A DNA stretch of 64,000 bases, taken from NCBI RefSeq assembly GCF_030013205.1, contig NZ_CP122648.1, one strand, 5' to 3'. The DNA is from Escherichia coli (GTDB lineage Bacteria; Pseudomonadota; Gammaproteobacteria; Enterobacterales; Enterobacteriaceae). Shown here piece by piece: positions 14,041 through 27,017 of this stretch. A program made the position numbers and the translations under genes. The notes below the pieces were generated by a model. That model saw only the letters and a list, made by a program, of their open reading frames with translations. It did no database searches and had not been told where the DNA came from. The first letter of the stretch is position 1, and each line of letters opens with the position of its first letter.

Positions 14041-14248
14041 AATTTTTCCTGAAGGTTGCGCTATCAAAGCGCAAAAATGTTAACGAACTGGGATTTTAGT
14101 TAACCTTGCTGCGACAATTTTTGATTTAAGGCAGTTAAAGTTGTATTGGTGGTAGCAGCAATTTCATATGGAATTGTTGATTTATACCGCTATGTTATTT
14201 TTCTGATATGGCAAAATAGGATGATTGTTGAAACAGGGAGTAAAACTC

Positions 14249-14773
14249 GTGTTGGATAAACTGCGTTCCCGTATTGTGCATTTGGGGCCATCTCTGTTGA
14301 GTGTACCGGTAAAACTGACGCCATTTGCGCTAAAACGCCAGGTTCTTGAGCAGGTCCTAAGCTGGCAATTCCGTCAGGCGCTGAATGATGGCGAGCTGGA
14401 GTTTCTTGAAGGCCGCTGGTTAAGTATTCATGTGCGTGATATTGACCTGCAATGGTTTACCTCGGTGGTGAATGGCAAACTGGTCGTTAGCCAGAACGCG
14501 CAAGCTGATGTGAGTTTTAGTGCCGACGCCAGCGATCTGCTGATGATTGCGGCGCGTAAACAAGATCCGGATACGCTCTTCTTCCAGCGTCGGCTGGTAA
14601 TTGAAGGCGATACGGAGCTGGGGCTGTATGTGAAAAACCTGATGGACGCCATTGAACTGGAGCAAATGCCGAAAGCCTTACGCATGATGCTGCTGCAACT
14701 GGCGGATTTTGTTGAGGCGGGAATGAAAACCGCGCCTGAAACCAAACAGACATCGGTAGGTGAACCATGCTAA
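14249..14773 (+). CDS. ubiT: SCP2-domain lipid-binding protein (174 aa, GTG start)
   Basis: ORF track 14225..14773; GTG at 14249 preceded by gggag SD. Confidence 0.8.
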   Translation: MLDKLRSRIVHLGPSLLSVPVKLTPFALKRQVLEQVLSWQFRQALNDGELEFLEGRWLSIHVRDIDLQWFTSVVNGKLVVSQNAQADVSFSADASDLLMIAARKQDPDTLFFQRRLVIEGDTELGLYVKNLMDAIELEQMPKALRMMLLQLADFVEAGMKTAPETKQTSVGEPC

Positions 14774-15270
14774 TTCGAGTAGAAATTCCCATTGATGCGC
14801 CGGGTATTGATGCCCTGCTGCGTCGTTCATTCGAAAGTGATGCGGAAGCGAAGCTGGTTCACGATCTGCGTGAAGATGGCTTTCTGACGTTGGGGCTGGT
14901 GGCGACAGATGACGAAGGTCAGGTCATTGGCTATGTGGCATTTAGTCCGGTTGATGTGCAGGGCGAAGACCTGCAATGGGTCGGCATGGCACCGTTGGCG
15001 GTTGATGAAAAATACCGTGGACAGGGGCTGGCACGCCAACTGGTCTATGAAGGACTCGATTCGCTTAATGAGTTCGGCTATGCCGCAGTGGTGACGCTGG
15101 GCGATCCGGCGCTGTACAGTCGTTTCGGCTTTGAGCTGGCGGCGCATCACGATCTGCGTTGCCGCTGGCCGGGCACCGAAAGCGCCTTCCAGGTACATCG
15201 TTTAGCGGATGACGCGCTGAACGGCGTAACCGGTCTGGTTGAGTATCACGAGCATTTCAATCGCTTTTAA
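14767..15270 (+). CDS. yhbS: GNAT-family N-acetyltransferase (167 aa)
   Basis: ORF track; overlaps ubiT stop. Confidence 0.9.
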
Positions 15271-15559
15271 TCTCCGGGGTTTGCAGGCTGCTCAACAGCT
15301 CTGCAAACCCTGCGCCTTCCGCTACCAGACGCTCTTTTTGCCGTTTGGTCAGTTGCTTAACGCGATATTCCGCCCGTAGTGCCAGCGAACGATCGCCCAC
15401 TGGCGCGGAAAACGCCAGCGTTAGTTCTCCTTTCCCGCGCAGTGCTTTCGCCCCTTTGCCGCTTTGGTGCTGCTGATAGCGGCGTTCGACATCTGTGGTG
15501 ATCCCGGTATAAAGCTTATTGTCGGCGGTACGGATCAAGTAAAGAAACCAGGGTGTCAT
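15257..15559 (-). CDS. yhbQ: GIY-YIG nuclease superfamily protein (100 aa)
   Basis: ORF track; GIY...YIG motif (LYTGITTD). Confidence 0.9.
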
Positions 15560-15609
15560 CGTCTGCGTCGCATGTTAAGGTCAGGCCCACAGTATAAAAG
15601 AGAACAGCA

Positions 15610-16032
15610 ATGGAAACACTCACCGCCATCAGCCGTTGGCTGGCAAAACAACATGTTGTCACCTGGTGTGTGCAGCAGGAAGGGGAACTCTGGTGCGCTA
15701 ATGCCTTTTATCTTTTTGATGCGCAGAAAGTCGCCTTCTACATTTTGACGGAAGAAAAAACGCGCCACGCGCAGATGAGTGGGCCGCAGGCGGCAGTTGC
15801 CGGAACGGTAAACGGTCAGCCGAAAACGGTAGCGTTAATTCGCGGCGTGCAATTTAAAGGCGAGATCCGCAGGCTTGAAGGTGAGGAAAGCGACCTCGCA
15901 CGTCACGCGTACAATCGTCGCTTTCCGGTTGCCAGAATGCTGTCGGCCCCGGTGTGGGAAATCCGGCTTGATGAAATCAAATTCACCGACAACACGCTGG
16001 GCTTTGGTAAAAAAATGATCTGGCTACGTAAC

Positions 16033-16053
<21 letters not shown>
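15610..16053 (+). CDS. yhbP: pyridoxamine 5'-phosphate oxidase-like protein (147 aa)
   Basis: ORF track. Confidence 0.9.
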
Positions 16054-16563
<510 letters not shown>

Positions 16564-16564
16564 A

Positions 16565-17314
<750 letters not shown>

Positions 17315-17386
17315 TTATTCCCAAGAATTGATAGTGAGCGTAATATTCACGCGCTCAATTATCATAACTTATTCCTGGGGAATGCT

Positions 17387-18427
17387 ATGACTGGTCAGTC
17401 TTCATCTCAGGCGGCAACGCCCATTCAGTGGTGGAAACCCGCGCTTTTCTTTCTCGTTGTCATTGCTGGTCTCTGGTATGTGAAATGGCAACCTTACTAC
17501 GGCAAAGCGTTTACTGCTGCCGAAACCCACAGTATCGGTAAATCTATCCTTGCGCAGGCGGATGCTAATCCGTGGCAGGCGGCGTTGGATTACGCGATGA
17601 TCTATTTCCTCGCGGTATGGAAAGCGGCGGTGCTGGGGGTGATCCTCGGTTCGTTGATTCAGGTGCTGATCCCGCGTGACTGGTTGCTGCGTACGCTTGG
17701 GCAATCGCGCTTTCGCGGCACGCTGCTGGGAACGCTGTTTTCGCTGCCGGGTATGATGTGTACCTGCTGTGCGGCTCCGGTCGCGGCGGGAATGCGTCGC
17801 CAACAGGTATCGATGGGCGGGGCGCTGGCATTCTGGATGGGGAATCCGTTGTTAAACCCGGCGACGCTGGTGTTTATGGGGTTTGTCCTCGGCTGGGGCT
17901 TTGCCGCGATTCGTCTGGTGGCGGGGTTGGTGATGGTATTGCTGATTGCGACGCTGGTGCAAAATTGGGTGCGTGAAACACCGCAAACGCAGGCACCGGT
18001 CGAAATTGACATACCGGAAGCGCAGGGCGGATTTTTTAGCCGCTGGGGCAGGGCGCTATGGACGCTTTTCTGGAGTACGATCCCGGTTTACATCCTTGCA
18101 GTACTGGTGTTGGGTGCCGCTCGCGTCTGGTTATTCCCCCATGCCGATGGTGCTGTCGATAGCAGCCTGATGTGGGTGGTGGCGATGGCGGTGGCAGGAT
18201 GCTTGTTTGTCATTCCCACGGCAGCAGAAATTCCGATTGTGCAAACGATGATGCTGGCAGGCATGGGAACCGCTCCGGCGCTGGCATTGTTGATGACGCT
18301 CCCGGCGGTGAGTTTGCCGTCACTGATTATGCTGCGCAAAGCGTTCCCGGCGAAAGCCTTATGGCTGACAGGGGCGATGGTGGCAGTGTCTGGTGTGATT
18401 GTCGGCGGGCTGGCGCTGTTGGCCTAA
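17387..18427 (+). CDS. yraQ: predicted permease (346 aa)
   Basis: ORF track; multiple hydrophobic segments. Confidence 0.9.
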   Translation: MTGQSSSQAATPIQWWKPALFFLVVIAGLWYVKWQPYYGKAFTAAETHSIGKSILAQADANPWQAALDYAMIYFLAVWKAAVLGVILGSLIQVLIPRDWLLRTLGQSRFRGTLLGTLFSLPGMMCTCCAAPVAAGMRRQQVSMGGALAFWMGNPLLNPATLVFMGFVLGWGFAAIRLVAGLVMVLLIATLVQNWVRETPQTQAPVEIDIPEAQGGFFSRWGRALWTLFWSTIPVYILAVLVLGAARVWLFPHADGAVDSSLMWVVAMAVAGCLFVIPTAAEIPIVQTMMLAGMGTAPALALLMTLPAVSLPSLIMLRKAFPAKALWLTGAMVAVSGVIVGGLALLA

Positions 18428-18548
18428 GATGTTGGATGCTCCTGAATACAGCACTGGACGGTCCCCTCTCCCCTTTGGGGAGAGGGTTAGGGTGAGGGGA
18501 ACAGGTCGGCTAAGGTGTGAATATTTACTTCAACGACCGATCAATGGC

Positions 18549-19124
18549 TTATTTAATAAACGTAAACGCTGTGGTTACCCGCTTCACGCCGCTTACCCGG
18601 CTGGCAATATCTGCCGCCGCTTTCGCTTCACGTTCAGTCACCAGCCCCATCAGGAACACTTCACCGTTTTCGGTGGTCACTTTCACGTTGGACGATTTCA
18701 CCAGGTCGCTGGTTAAGAGCTGCGAACGCACTTTGGTGGTGATCCACGTATCGTTAGACGCTTCGCCCAGACCAATCGGCTGGCCCTGACGAATCTCGTT
18801 ATACACTTCGTTGGCACCGTCTACGCCCATAGCAATCTGTTTGGCGCGAGCCGAAAGTTCAGCGTTTGGTGACTGCCCAACCAGCAGCACTTTGCCCTGA
18901 TAGGCCGTTACATTAATGCGCGCTTCTTTCTTAATCTGTTCGTCTTTCGACAATGCGCTGTTTACGCGCACTTCCAGGGTACCATCGTCCACCTGGGTGC
19001 CGACACTGCGTGGGTCAGTTGCGGCTTTGGTACCCACAGCAGCGGTACCCACTACGGCAGCGGCAACACAACCTTGCAACAGCAGCGCGGAAAGAAGGAC
19101 TGCGATTGGCGATAATGCCTTCAT
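18549..19124 (-). CDS. dolP: dual-BON-domain outer membrane lipoprotein (191 aa)
   Basis: ORF track; lipobox LLQGC. Confidence 0.9.
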   Translation of the reverse strand: MKALSPIAVLLSALLLQGCVAAAVVGTAAVGTKAATDPRSVGTQVDDGTLEVRVNSALSKDEQIKKEARINVTAYQGKVLLVGQSPNAELSARAKQIAMGVDGANEVYNEIRQGQPIGLGEASNDTWITTKVRSQLLTSDLVKSSNVKVTTENGEVFLMGLVTEREAKAAADIASRVSGVKRVTTAFTFIK

Positions 19125-19133
19125 GTAATCTCC

Positions 19134-19724
19134 TTAAACATCCTGGTGAGGGAAAAGCGTGTTATCGATCAGATCGCACAGGCAATTTACCGTCAGCATA
19201 TGCATTTCCTGAATGCGAGCACTACGATGCGAAGGAATGCGGATCTCCACATCCTGTGGCCCTAACAAACCTGCAAGTTCACCGCCGTCATAGCCGGTTA
19301 ATGCCACAATGGTCATATCACGCGTAACGGCAGCTTCTACCGCTTTTACAATATCGCGGCTGTTGCCACGGGTGGAAATGGCTAACAATACATCTCCCGC
19401 ATGACCCAGCGCCCGCACCTGTTTTGCATACACTTCATCATGTAAGCGATCGTTGGCAATCGCCGTTAAGACAACATTATCAGTATTTAGTGCAATGGCA
19501 GGTAAGCTGGGCCGCTCCGTTTCGAAACGGTTAATCATACTGGCAGCAAAATGCTGTGCATTGGCAGCGGAAGTTCCATTACCACAACAGAGGATTTTGT
19601 TGCCATTGAGCAGAGACTGAACCAGCGTCATGGCTGCACGGGAGATGGCATCCGGAAGCGCCTCTGCCGCCGCAATTTGAGTTTGAATGCTTTCAGTGAA
19701 GCAAGCTTTAATTCTTTCTTGCAC
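19134..19724 (-). CDS. diaA: DnaA initiator-associating protein, SIS domain (196 aa)
   Basis: ORF track. Confidence 0.9.
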
Positions 19725-19743
19725 GCTAATCCTTAAACCTTAA

Positions 19744-20139
19744 TTATGAGTGGTCATTAAAGGCATCCTTAATCCACTCAACCTCATTCCCGGTGAAGGC
19801 TACCACATCGAACCGGCAATCCACAGTATCAAAACTCCCATTATGACGCGCGAGCCACAAGCGGGCAGTCTGTAATAATTTGTGTTGTTTGCTGCGGGTC
19901 ACACTGGCTGCCGCGCCGCCATAAAGCGCAGAGCGGCGGTAACGCACCTCGACAAAAACGGTGATCCGGCCTTCACGCATTATCAGATCGATCTCGCCGC
20001 CACGCTCGTTCACGTTAGCGGCGATAAACCGCAGTCCTTTGCCTTCCAGCCAGCGACGCGCTTGTGCTTCCCACGCATCGCCGGTCTGTTTGGTGGTTAA
20101 CTGGCGGGGACTACCTGACCTTGTTGGTACTGTAGCCAT
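19744..20139 (-). CDS. yraN: UPF0102 family protein (131 aa)
   Basis: ORF track. Confidence 0.9.
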   Translation of the reverse strand: MATVPTRSGSPRQLTTKQTGDAWEAQARRWLEGKGLRFIAANVNERGGEIDLIMREGRITVFVEVRYRRSALYGGAAASVTRSKQHKLLQTARLWLARHNGSFDTVDCRFDVVAFTGNEVEWIKDAFNDHS

Positions 20140-22133
20140 GATAACTTCCTGTTAATCACGCAATCCGGGTTAGCCGTCAGGCTGCCGGTATTACCGTTGA
20201 TTTCAAAACCCTGAACCTGGCGCATTTGTGAGAAATGATTTGCCAACGACCAGGCATCGACGCCCATCGCATACATGCGAGCCAGCGAATAATCGTTGTT
20301 CACCGCACTGAGCGCCTGCTGCATTAACGGCAGATTACCGCCTGCCAGCATCGGGATTTCGCTGTACTGCAAGCCTTCCATCTCCAGTCGGAAATCCGGG
20401 CCAGCGGTCCCTTGCGCACTGCGGGAGCTGGCGTACAGCGTTGCACCGCTCTGGCTACCGTTACGCATGGCGATCATCGGTTTGATAAAAGCGATTTCAC
20501 CCGGCGTTGCCACAATGTACACCGCATCGACACGACCGCCATTATTGGTGAACTGGTCATCGGTTGGCGTGGTTTGCAGCGTTGGATTGTTGGTCGTCAT
20601 GCCGGAGTCGGTTGTCGCTCTGTGAGTAATCGGGCTACCCGTTAAAGCAATACCAGAACCGCCGTTAACACCCGCGCGTAATTCATTGGTGGAACCAAAT
20701 TTCTGCTGTAAAACCGTGCCGCCGCCCAGTTTCTGCCACTCCTGCGCAAACGCATTGGCTACGCGATCGCCCAATGAACTGCGTGGGATCAGCACCAGCG
20801 GCGCTTGTTTACCCTGGTCACGAATATGACGCGCTGCATCGCGCGCTTCGTCTTCTGGTGAAAGCGCGAAGTAACAAATATTGACGCGGTTTTCGATGTT
20901 CTCCGGCTGGTTCAGTGCCAGCACGTTCAGCGGGGTGTTGCTCTTCAGCAACTCTTCAACGTTATTTTTCAGCAACGGACCGACCACAATACTCGCGCCA
21001 TCCTGTTGAACCTGGCTTAAGATCTGGCTAAGTGGTTGTGATGATGTATCGTAGATTTTCAGCTCTGCGGATGGATTCGCAGGTGCGCTTACCGCTGCGG
21101 TGGTTGCCGCCGGGGCGCTTACAGGCACCGGCTGGGCCGCAGGTTGTTCACCGGTCAGATCGCTAACCGAGGCTTGTGCCGGGCTGGCAACGCCATCCAC
21201 GGTTTGCGGCTGAGGTTGTTCTGCTACGTCTGCGGCAGGTGCGGCAGCTACCTGAGCCGCCACTGGCTGAGTGCCGATATTTTTCGCCGCTTCAAAGCCT
21301 TGCTGAATAGTGCGACCAAATACCGCTGCCTGGCCATTCAGTGGCAAAAGCAGGGCGATTTTGTTGGTCGATGCGGGTTTAAACGCTTTTACGTTAACCA
21401 ACTGCGTTGGCAGCATTTTCGCGCCCGGGTTGTTCGGATAACGTTTCTGCCAGTCGGCGATCCCGGCTTTCATCATGTCGGGATCGTTACGGTTATCAAA
21501 CCAGATGCGCTGCAGATCCAACCAGCCTTGCAGAATATTTTCGTCGGCATTGATCACCAGCGTATTCGCCTGTTCCTGAGTCATGGAGGAGAGCGCCTGC
21601 CAGGTGGCGTCAATATTCTGCTGCTTTTCTTTCGCGCCGAGCAGCGGTTCCTGAGCAATTAACGCGCGCAGTAAATCAATGGAAGGACGCCCCTGGCTGG
21701 CATCGATTTTTGCCTGCCAGTAACGCGCTTGCTGGTTTTGTTCTAAATCTGCAGGTGTGATTTTCGCCAGCAAGTTTTGCGCGCCAGCAAAATCTTTCTG
21801 CGCCAGTTTAATCTCTGCCGCCAGCAGTGTTTTCTCGCGACGCTGAGAATCGTTCAGTTCTTGCGGTAGTTGGTTAAACAACTCCACCGCCTGTCCGGTT
21901 TTATCTTCTTTCACCAGTGCACGAATGGCGAGTAATTGCCAGTTGATCCTGGTATCATCAGAACTTTGCTGCATCTGTTGCAGGTAAAAGGCAGAATCAG
22001 CCTGCGCCGTGCCCTGCATATAAGCAGTGGACTGATCGGGAGTATGGGTGCCACAACCGGCGAAAATCAGGGCTGCCAGAACAACAGGCAGACAACGCGC
22101 GGCTTTCAAACGAGAAAATGTTGAGGGTACCAT
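20097..22133 (-). CDS. lpoA: penicillin-binding protein 1A activator lipoprotein LpoA (678 aa)
   Basis: ORF track 20097..22163; likely start [15 protein letters not shown]; lipobox. Confidence 0.9.
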   Translation of the reverse strand: MVPSTFSRLKAARCLPVVLAALIFAGCGTHTPDQSTAYMQGTAQADSAFYLQQMQQSSDDTRINWQLLAIRALVKEDKTGQAVELFNQLPQELNDSQRREKTLLAAEIKLAQKDFAGAQNLLAKITPADLEQNQQARYWQAKIDASQGRPSIDLLRALIAQEPLLGAKEKQQNIDATWQALSSMTQEQANTLVINADENILQGWLDLQRIWFDNRNDPDMMKAGIADWQKRYPNNPGAKMLPTQLVNVKAFKPASTNKIALLLPLNGQAAVFGRTIQQGFEAAKNIGTQPVAAQVAAAPAADVAEQPQPQTVDGVASPAQASVSDLTGEQPAAQPVPVSAPAATTAAVSAPANPSAELKIYDTSSQPLSQILSQVQQDGASIVVGPLLKNNVEELLKSNTPLNVLALNQPENIENRVNICYFALSPEDEARDAARHIRDQGKQAPLVLIPRSSLGDRVANAFAQEWQKLGGGTVLQQKFGSTNELRAGVNGGSGIALTGSPITHRATTDSGMTTNNPTLQTTPTDDQFTNNGGRVDAVYIVATPGEIAFIKPMIAMRNGSQSGATLYASSRSAQGTAGPDFRLEMEGLQYSEIPMLAGGNLPLMQQALSAVNNDYSLARMYAMGVDAWSLANHFSQMRQVQGFEINGNTGSLTANPDCVINRKLSWLQYQQGQVVPAS

Positions 22134-22197
22134 AATGTATCCAGTGATATTTTTTTTACGCAATGCTCAATATTAAATCGGCAATACGGACGACACA

Positions 22198-23061
22198 ATG
22201 AAACAACACCAATCGGCGGATAATTCTCAGGGCCAGCTTTACATTGTACCGACGCCAATCGGCAATCTGGCGGATATCACCCAGCGTGCGTTGGAGGTAT
22301 TACAGGCCGTTGATCTGATTGCCGCCGAGGATACGCGTCACACCGGTTTATTGCTGCAACATTTTGGGATTAATGCTCGGTTGTTTGCGCTGCACGACCA
22401 TAACGAACAACAAAAAGCCGAAACGCTGCTGGCGAAGCTGCAAGAGGGGCAAAACATTGCGCTGGTTTCCGATGCCGGAACGCCGCTAATTAACGATCCT
22501 GGCTACCATCTGGTGCGTACCTGCCGTGAAGCGGGGATTCGCGTGGTGCCGCTACCCGGGCCGTGTGCTGCTATCACTGCGTTAAGCGCCGCGGGTTTAC
22601 CATCCGATCGTTTTTGTTATGAAGGCTTTTTACCTGCCAAATCAAAAGGCCGCCGTGATGCGCTAAAAGCCATTGAAGCGGAGCCGCGCACGCTGATTTT
22701 TTATGAATCTACCCACCGTCTGTTAGATAGCCTGGAAGATATCGTTGCGGTATTAGGCGAATCCCGCTACGTCGTTCTGGCGCGTGAGCTGACCAAAACC
22801 TGGGAAACCATTCACGGCGCGCCCGTTGGCGAGCTGCTGGCGTGGGTCAAAGAAGATGAAAACCGTCGCAAAGGCGAAATGGTACTGATTGTCGAAGGCC
22901 ATAAAGCACAGGAAGAAGACTTACCCGCCGATGCCCTGCGCACGCTGGCGCTGCTACAGGCAGAACTGCCACTGAAAAAAGCGGCGGCGCTGGCAGCAGA
23001 AATTCACGGCGTGAAGAAAAATGCGCTGTATAAGTATGCACTGGAGCAGCAGGGAGAGTGA
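22198..23061 (+). CDS. rsmI: 16S rRNA C1402 2'-O-methyltransferase (287 aa)
   Basis: ORF track; divergent from lpoA. Confidence 0.92.
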
Positions 23062-23110
23062 TTACAGGCGTCGCAGCAGGAATAGCGCTACAACGCCTTT
23101 ACCTGGCGAG

Positions 23111-23878
23111 TTAACGACGACACATTTCATCAATCACGCATGTGAAATGGTTATGCAGCCATAAAAACGAAGCTGGGATAGCGGTGGAGACTTTAGCCGT
23201 GAGAAAACGTTCTGTCGCATCCTGCTTTCCTTCGCCAGTCACCAGTAACAAAACTTCGCGGGCATTGAGAATATCCTTCAGGCCTAAGGTGATCCCACGA
23301 GTCACGGGACGGCCCGCGGTTTTTAACATCTCATGTTGCTGTGTTCTGGCATCAAGTTGACTGATATGGCAGGCCGGTTGCAGGTTTTCTCCCGGTTCGT
23401 TCAGCCCAAGATGACCGTTTTTCCCCAATCCGAGAACGCATAAATCCAGACCGCCTTTGCGCGCAATCAGGTTCGTTACCCGTTCGCACTCTGTCTCATT
23501 TATCTCTTCGGAGCGAAAGCTGATGAGTTGGTCTTCACGTAGCCCCAGCGGCTGCACGATATGCTGTTGCAGGAAAGTTTCGCAGGTGCCAGGCATCGTT
23601 AATGGCAGATCCACCCATTCGTCGAGCTTCACGAAGGTGAGCTGGCTGACATCAACCTGCTGCTGGTGGATTTTTTCTACCAGATAATGATACGTCAGTA
23701 ATGGCGTGGCTCCGGTCGCCAGGCAAATCACGGCATCCGGTTTGCTACGGATCACGGCCAATAAATATTCGCTGGCACGTTCACTTAACGCCGTATAGTT
23801 TTCAACTTGTTGAAGGGTTTGCACAGGATGAAATTCCTTAAGTAAAGAGGCACCGCCAGACGCGGTGCCTCGTTCCAT
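23111..23878 (-). CDS. agaI: putative galactosamine-6-phosphate deaminase/isomerase (NagB-like)
   Basis: ORF track; NagB/6-phosphogluconolactonase-like fold; last gene of aga cluster. Confidence 0.85.
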   Translation of the reverse strand: MERGTASGGASLLKEFHPVQTLQQVENYTALSERASEYLLAVIRSKPDAVICLATGATPLLTYHYLVEKIHQQQVDVSQLTFVKLDEWVDLPLTMPGTCETFLQQHIVQPLGLREDQLISFRSEEINETECERVTNLIARKGGLDLCVLGLGKNGHLGLNEPGENLQPACHISQLDARTQQHEMLKTAGRPVTRGITLGLKDILNAREVLLLVTGEGKQDATERFLTAKVSTAIPASFLWLHNHFTCVIDEMCRR

Positions 23879-24670
23879 TTACAAAATGCCGAATGCAGAA
23901 CAAACAATAGAAAGAACAAACGTCACGCCGATTAACAGCACCGGATGCGCTTTTTTCACCCGCAGGAAGTAATACATCAGCAGGGTGTAGGCCATCGGTA
24001 AAATATTCGGGAAGACTTTATCGAAGAAATCCTGCTGCAGCGCGACGCTGTGGGTACTGTCGATGGCAAACGATGTCACCACGTTAATATGCACATACGA
24101 AGCGATCAGCCCGCCGATTACCGTGATCCCGAGGATGGTTGCCGAACGAGCAATCATCTGCGAGTTCTCTCGCACTTTATCGATCGCCTTCACGCCGACT
24201 GAATAACCGACGTGGGTCCAGCCGACGCGCAGGAAGAAGATAAGCAGGTAAACGGCGAAAAATAGAATCGGCCCCAGCAAGTTTCCCTGGCTGGCAAATG
24301 ATGAGCAAATTCCCGCCATAATCGGCAATAAGGTAAACCAGAAAATCGCATCGCCAATCCCGGCGATTGGGCCAAACAGTGCCACTTTGAGGCCTTTAAT
24401 GGTGTCGCGGTTTTCTCCTTTTTCTTCCATCGAAATTAATAACCCTATCAGGAATCCGACCAGATTCGGGTGGGTATTAATAAATTCGAGGTTATCTTTC
24501 ATCGCCGCGCTTAGGCCCGGTTTGTCGTCCTTATAAATCTTTTTCAGGCTCGGCAACATCGCCCAGGTAAAACCGCCCGCCTGCATCCTTTCGTAGTTAA
24601 AGCTCGCTTGCAGCAGTGACGAACGAAAGCCCAGACGGGTGATATCTTTTTTACTGATTTCAGATCCCAT
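23879..24670 (-). CDS. agaD: PTS galactosamine-specific EIID component (263 aa)
   Basis: ORF track 23879..24817; likely start MGSEISKKDITR overlapping agaC stop. Confidence 0.88.
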   Translation of the reverse strand: MGSEISKKDITRLGFRSSLLQASFNYERMQAGGFTWAMLPSLKKIYKDDKPGLSAAMKDNLEFINTHPNLVGFLIGLLISMEEKGENRDTIKGLKVALFGPIAGIGDAIFWFTLLPIMAGICSSFASQGNLLGPILFFAVYLLIFFLRVGWTHVGYSVGVKAIDKVRENSQMIARSATILGITVIGGLIASYVHINVVTSFAIDSTHSVALQQDFFDKVFPNILPMAYTLLMYYFLRVKKAHPVLLIGVTFVLSIVCSAFGIL

Positions 24671-25463
24671 TGCTGTAGTCCTCTTCTTCATTTTTACTGG
24701 CAACGGGCTGCGGTTGCGCTTGCTGCCGGGATTTCGCATTGAAAAACTCATACACCGCAAAGCCTGCGCCCAGTACGGCAACCGGCAACAGGTTGCTGAC
24801 CTGGATGTAGCAAACAAACAGGAAACCGGCGATCAGGTAAGGGATATATTGCGCTTTGAACATTACGCGCAGCAGCAAGCCAAAACCAACGGCAGGCAGA
24901 ATACCGCCAGCCACTTCAAAGCCGTGGGTCAGCCAGGCGGGCATCGCTTTCACCAGCGCCTGCATCGCCCCTTGTGCCAGGTAAGTACAGAGGAAAGCAA
25001 TCACCGCATACGCTGAAGCAACGATGAGCATCGTTGTCCAGTTAAGTCGGGAAAACGCTGCCGTATCCGCTTCTTTCGCGCATTTATCGGCTTTGGTCAT
25101 AAATAATGAGAAAGCAGAATAGAAGAACAGAATGACGTACTGCATTAACAAACTAAACGGCAGGCCAAGACCAATTGCCGTTTTGGCATCAACGCCCGTA
25201 GACCATGCAATGACGGTGGTCATCAGACCCGCCATAATCGGGTTGGGCGGCTGAACACCACCTGCAGGGGTTAATCCGGCGAAAGCCAACTCTGTCAGAC
25301 CACCGGTAATTAAGCCAGTCTGAATATCACCGAGAATAGCGCCAGTTAGGGTACAAACGATTATCGGGCGGAATAAAAATAAGGCTTCCAGCCAAAAATC
25401 AATCCCCAGAAAGAAAACTAACGCCGCCAGGGATAATCCCTGGAGTAGGGTTATTTCATGCAT
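24660..25463 (-). CDS. agaC: PTS galactosamine-specific EIIC component (267 aa)
   Basis: ORF track. Confidence 0.9.
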   Translation of the reverse strand: MHEITLLQGLSLAALVFFLGIDFWLEALFLFRPIIVCTLTGAILGDIQTGLITGGLTELAFAGLTPAGGVQPPNPIMAGLMTTVIAWSTGVDAKTAIGLGLPFSLLMQYVILFFYSAFSLFMTKADKCAKEADTAAFSRLNWTTMLIVASAYAVIAFLCTYLAQGAMQALVKAMPAWLTHGFEVAGGILPAVGFGLLLRVMFKAQYIPYLIAGFLFVCYIQVSNLLPVAVLGAGFAVYEFFNAKSRQQAQPQPVASKNEEEDYSNGI

Positions 25464-25501
25464 TTTTATTACCTCAAACCAATATTAAGGCGATTTTAGA
25501 T

Positions 25502-25978
25502 TTAGTCAGGGATTTGTTCTTTTTGATCGCCAGGGACGTCCTGAATGAAAACATTCACGCCACGTTGTTTAATAAAACGTAAGTCCGTGAGATCCTGGTC
25601 ATCGACATAAACTTTACTGCTGATTTGCTTTTTCCCTTCCGAGAAATGCATATTGCCGACGTTGACATCTTTCAGGTCAATGCCACCTTCTACCAATTTA
25701 CGTACCGTTTGTGGCGTACGGCAAATCAGGAAGATCTTTTGATGCGGTGCAGCTTTGCCGATGACATTAATGGTTTTTTCGATAGTAAAGAAACGAATGC
25801 CAAAGCCGTAGGTTTCCGCGGTAATACCCATTAATTTCTGTTGAATATCATCGTTAGCGACAACATCATCCACGACTACCAGCAGATTTGCACCGATGGT
25901 AGATGTCCAGGTCACGCCAACCTGACCGTGAACCAGACGGTTATCAATACGGGTTAAGAGAATATTTGGACTGCTCAT
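25502..25978 (-). CDS. agaB: PTS galactosamine-specific EIIB component (158 aa)
   Basis: ORF track. Confidence 0.9.
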   Translation of the reverse strand: MSSPNILLTRIDNRLVHGQVGVTWTSTIGANLLVVVDDVVANDDIQQKLMGITAETYGFGIRFFTIEKTINVIGKAAPHQKIFLICRTPQTVRKLVEGGIDLKDVNVGNMHFSEGKKQISSKVYVDDQDLTDLRFIKQRGVNVFIQDVPGDQKEQIPD

Positions 25979-26144
25979 TGTGTAATCCTCACCATAAAGT
26001 TGAATAATATAATTTTTTTAAATATATTATTGTTGCGATATTGTACTGATGTATTTATTAAGGTTTAGTTATCTCCTTTACCATTAAGGCACTCCCCGAT
26101 ATTAATCGGGAAGTACATTGGGATAAATCATAAAAAACTAATGA

Positions 26145-27017
<873 letters not shown>

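Noticed and set aside
14068-14225. FNR site in the ubiU/ubiT divergent promoter
   Set aside because: Looked for TTGAT-N4-ATCAA; only partial half-sites (ttgatttaagg, ttgatttatacc) were found, not enough to call.
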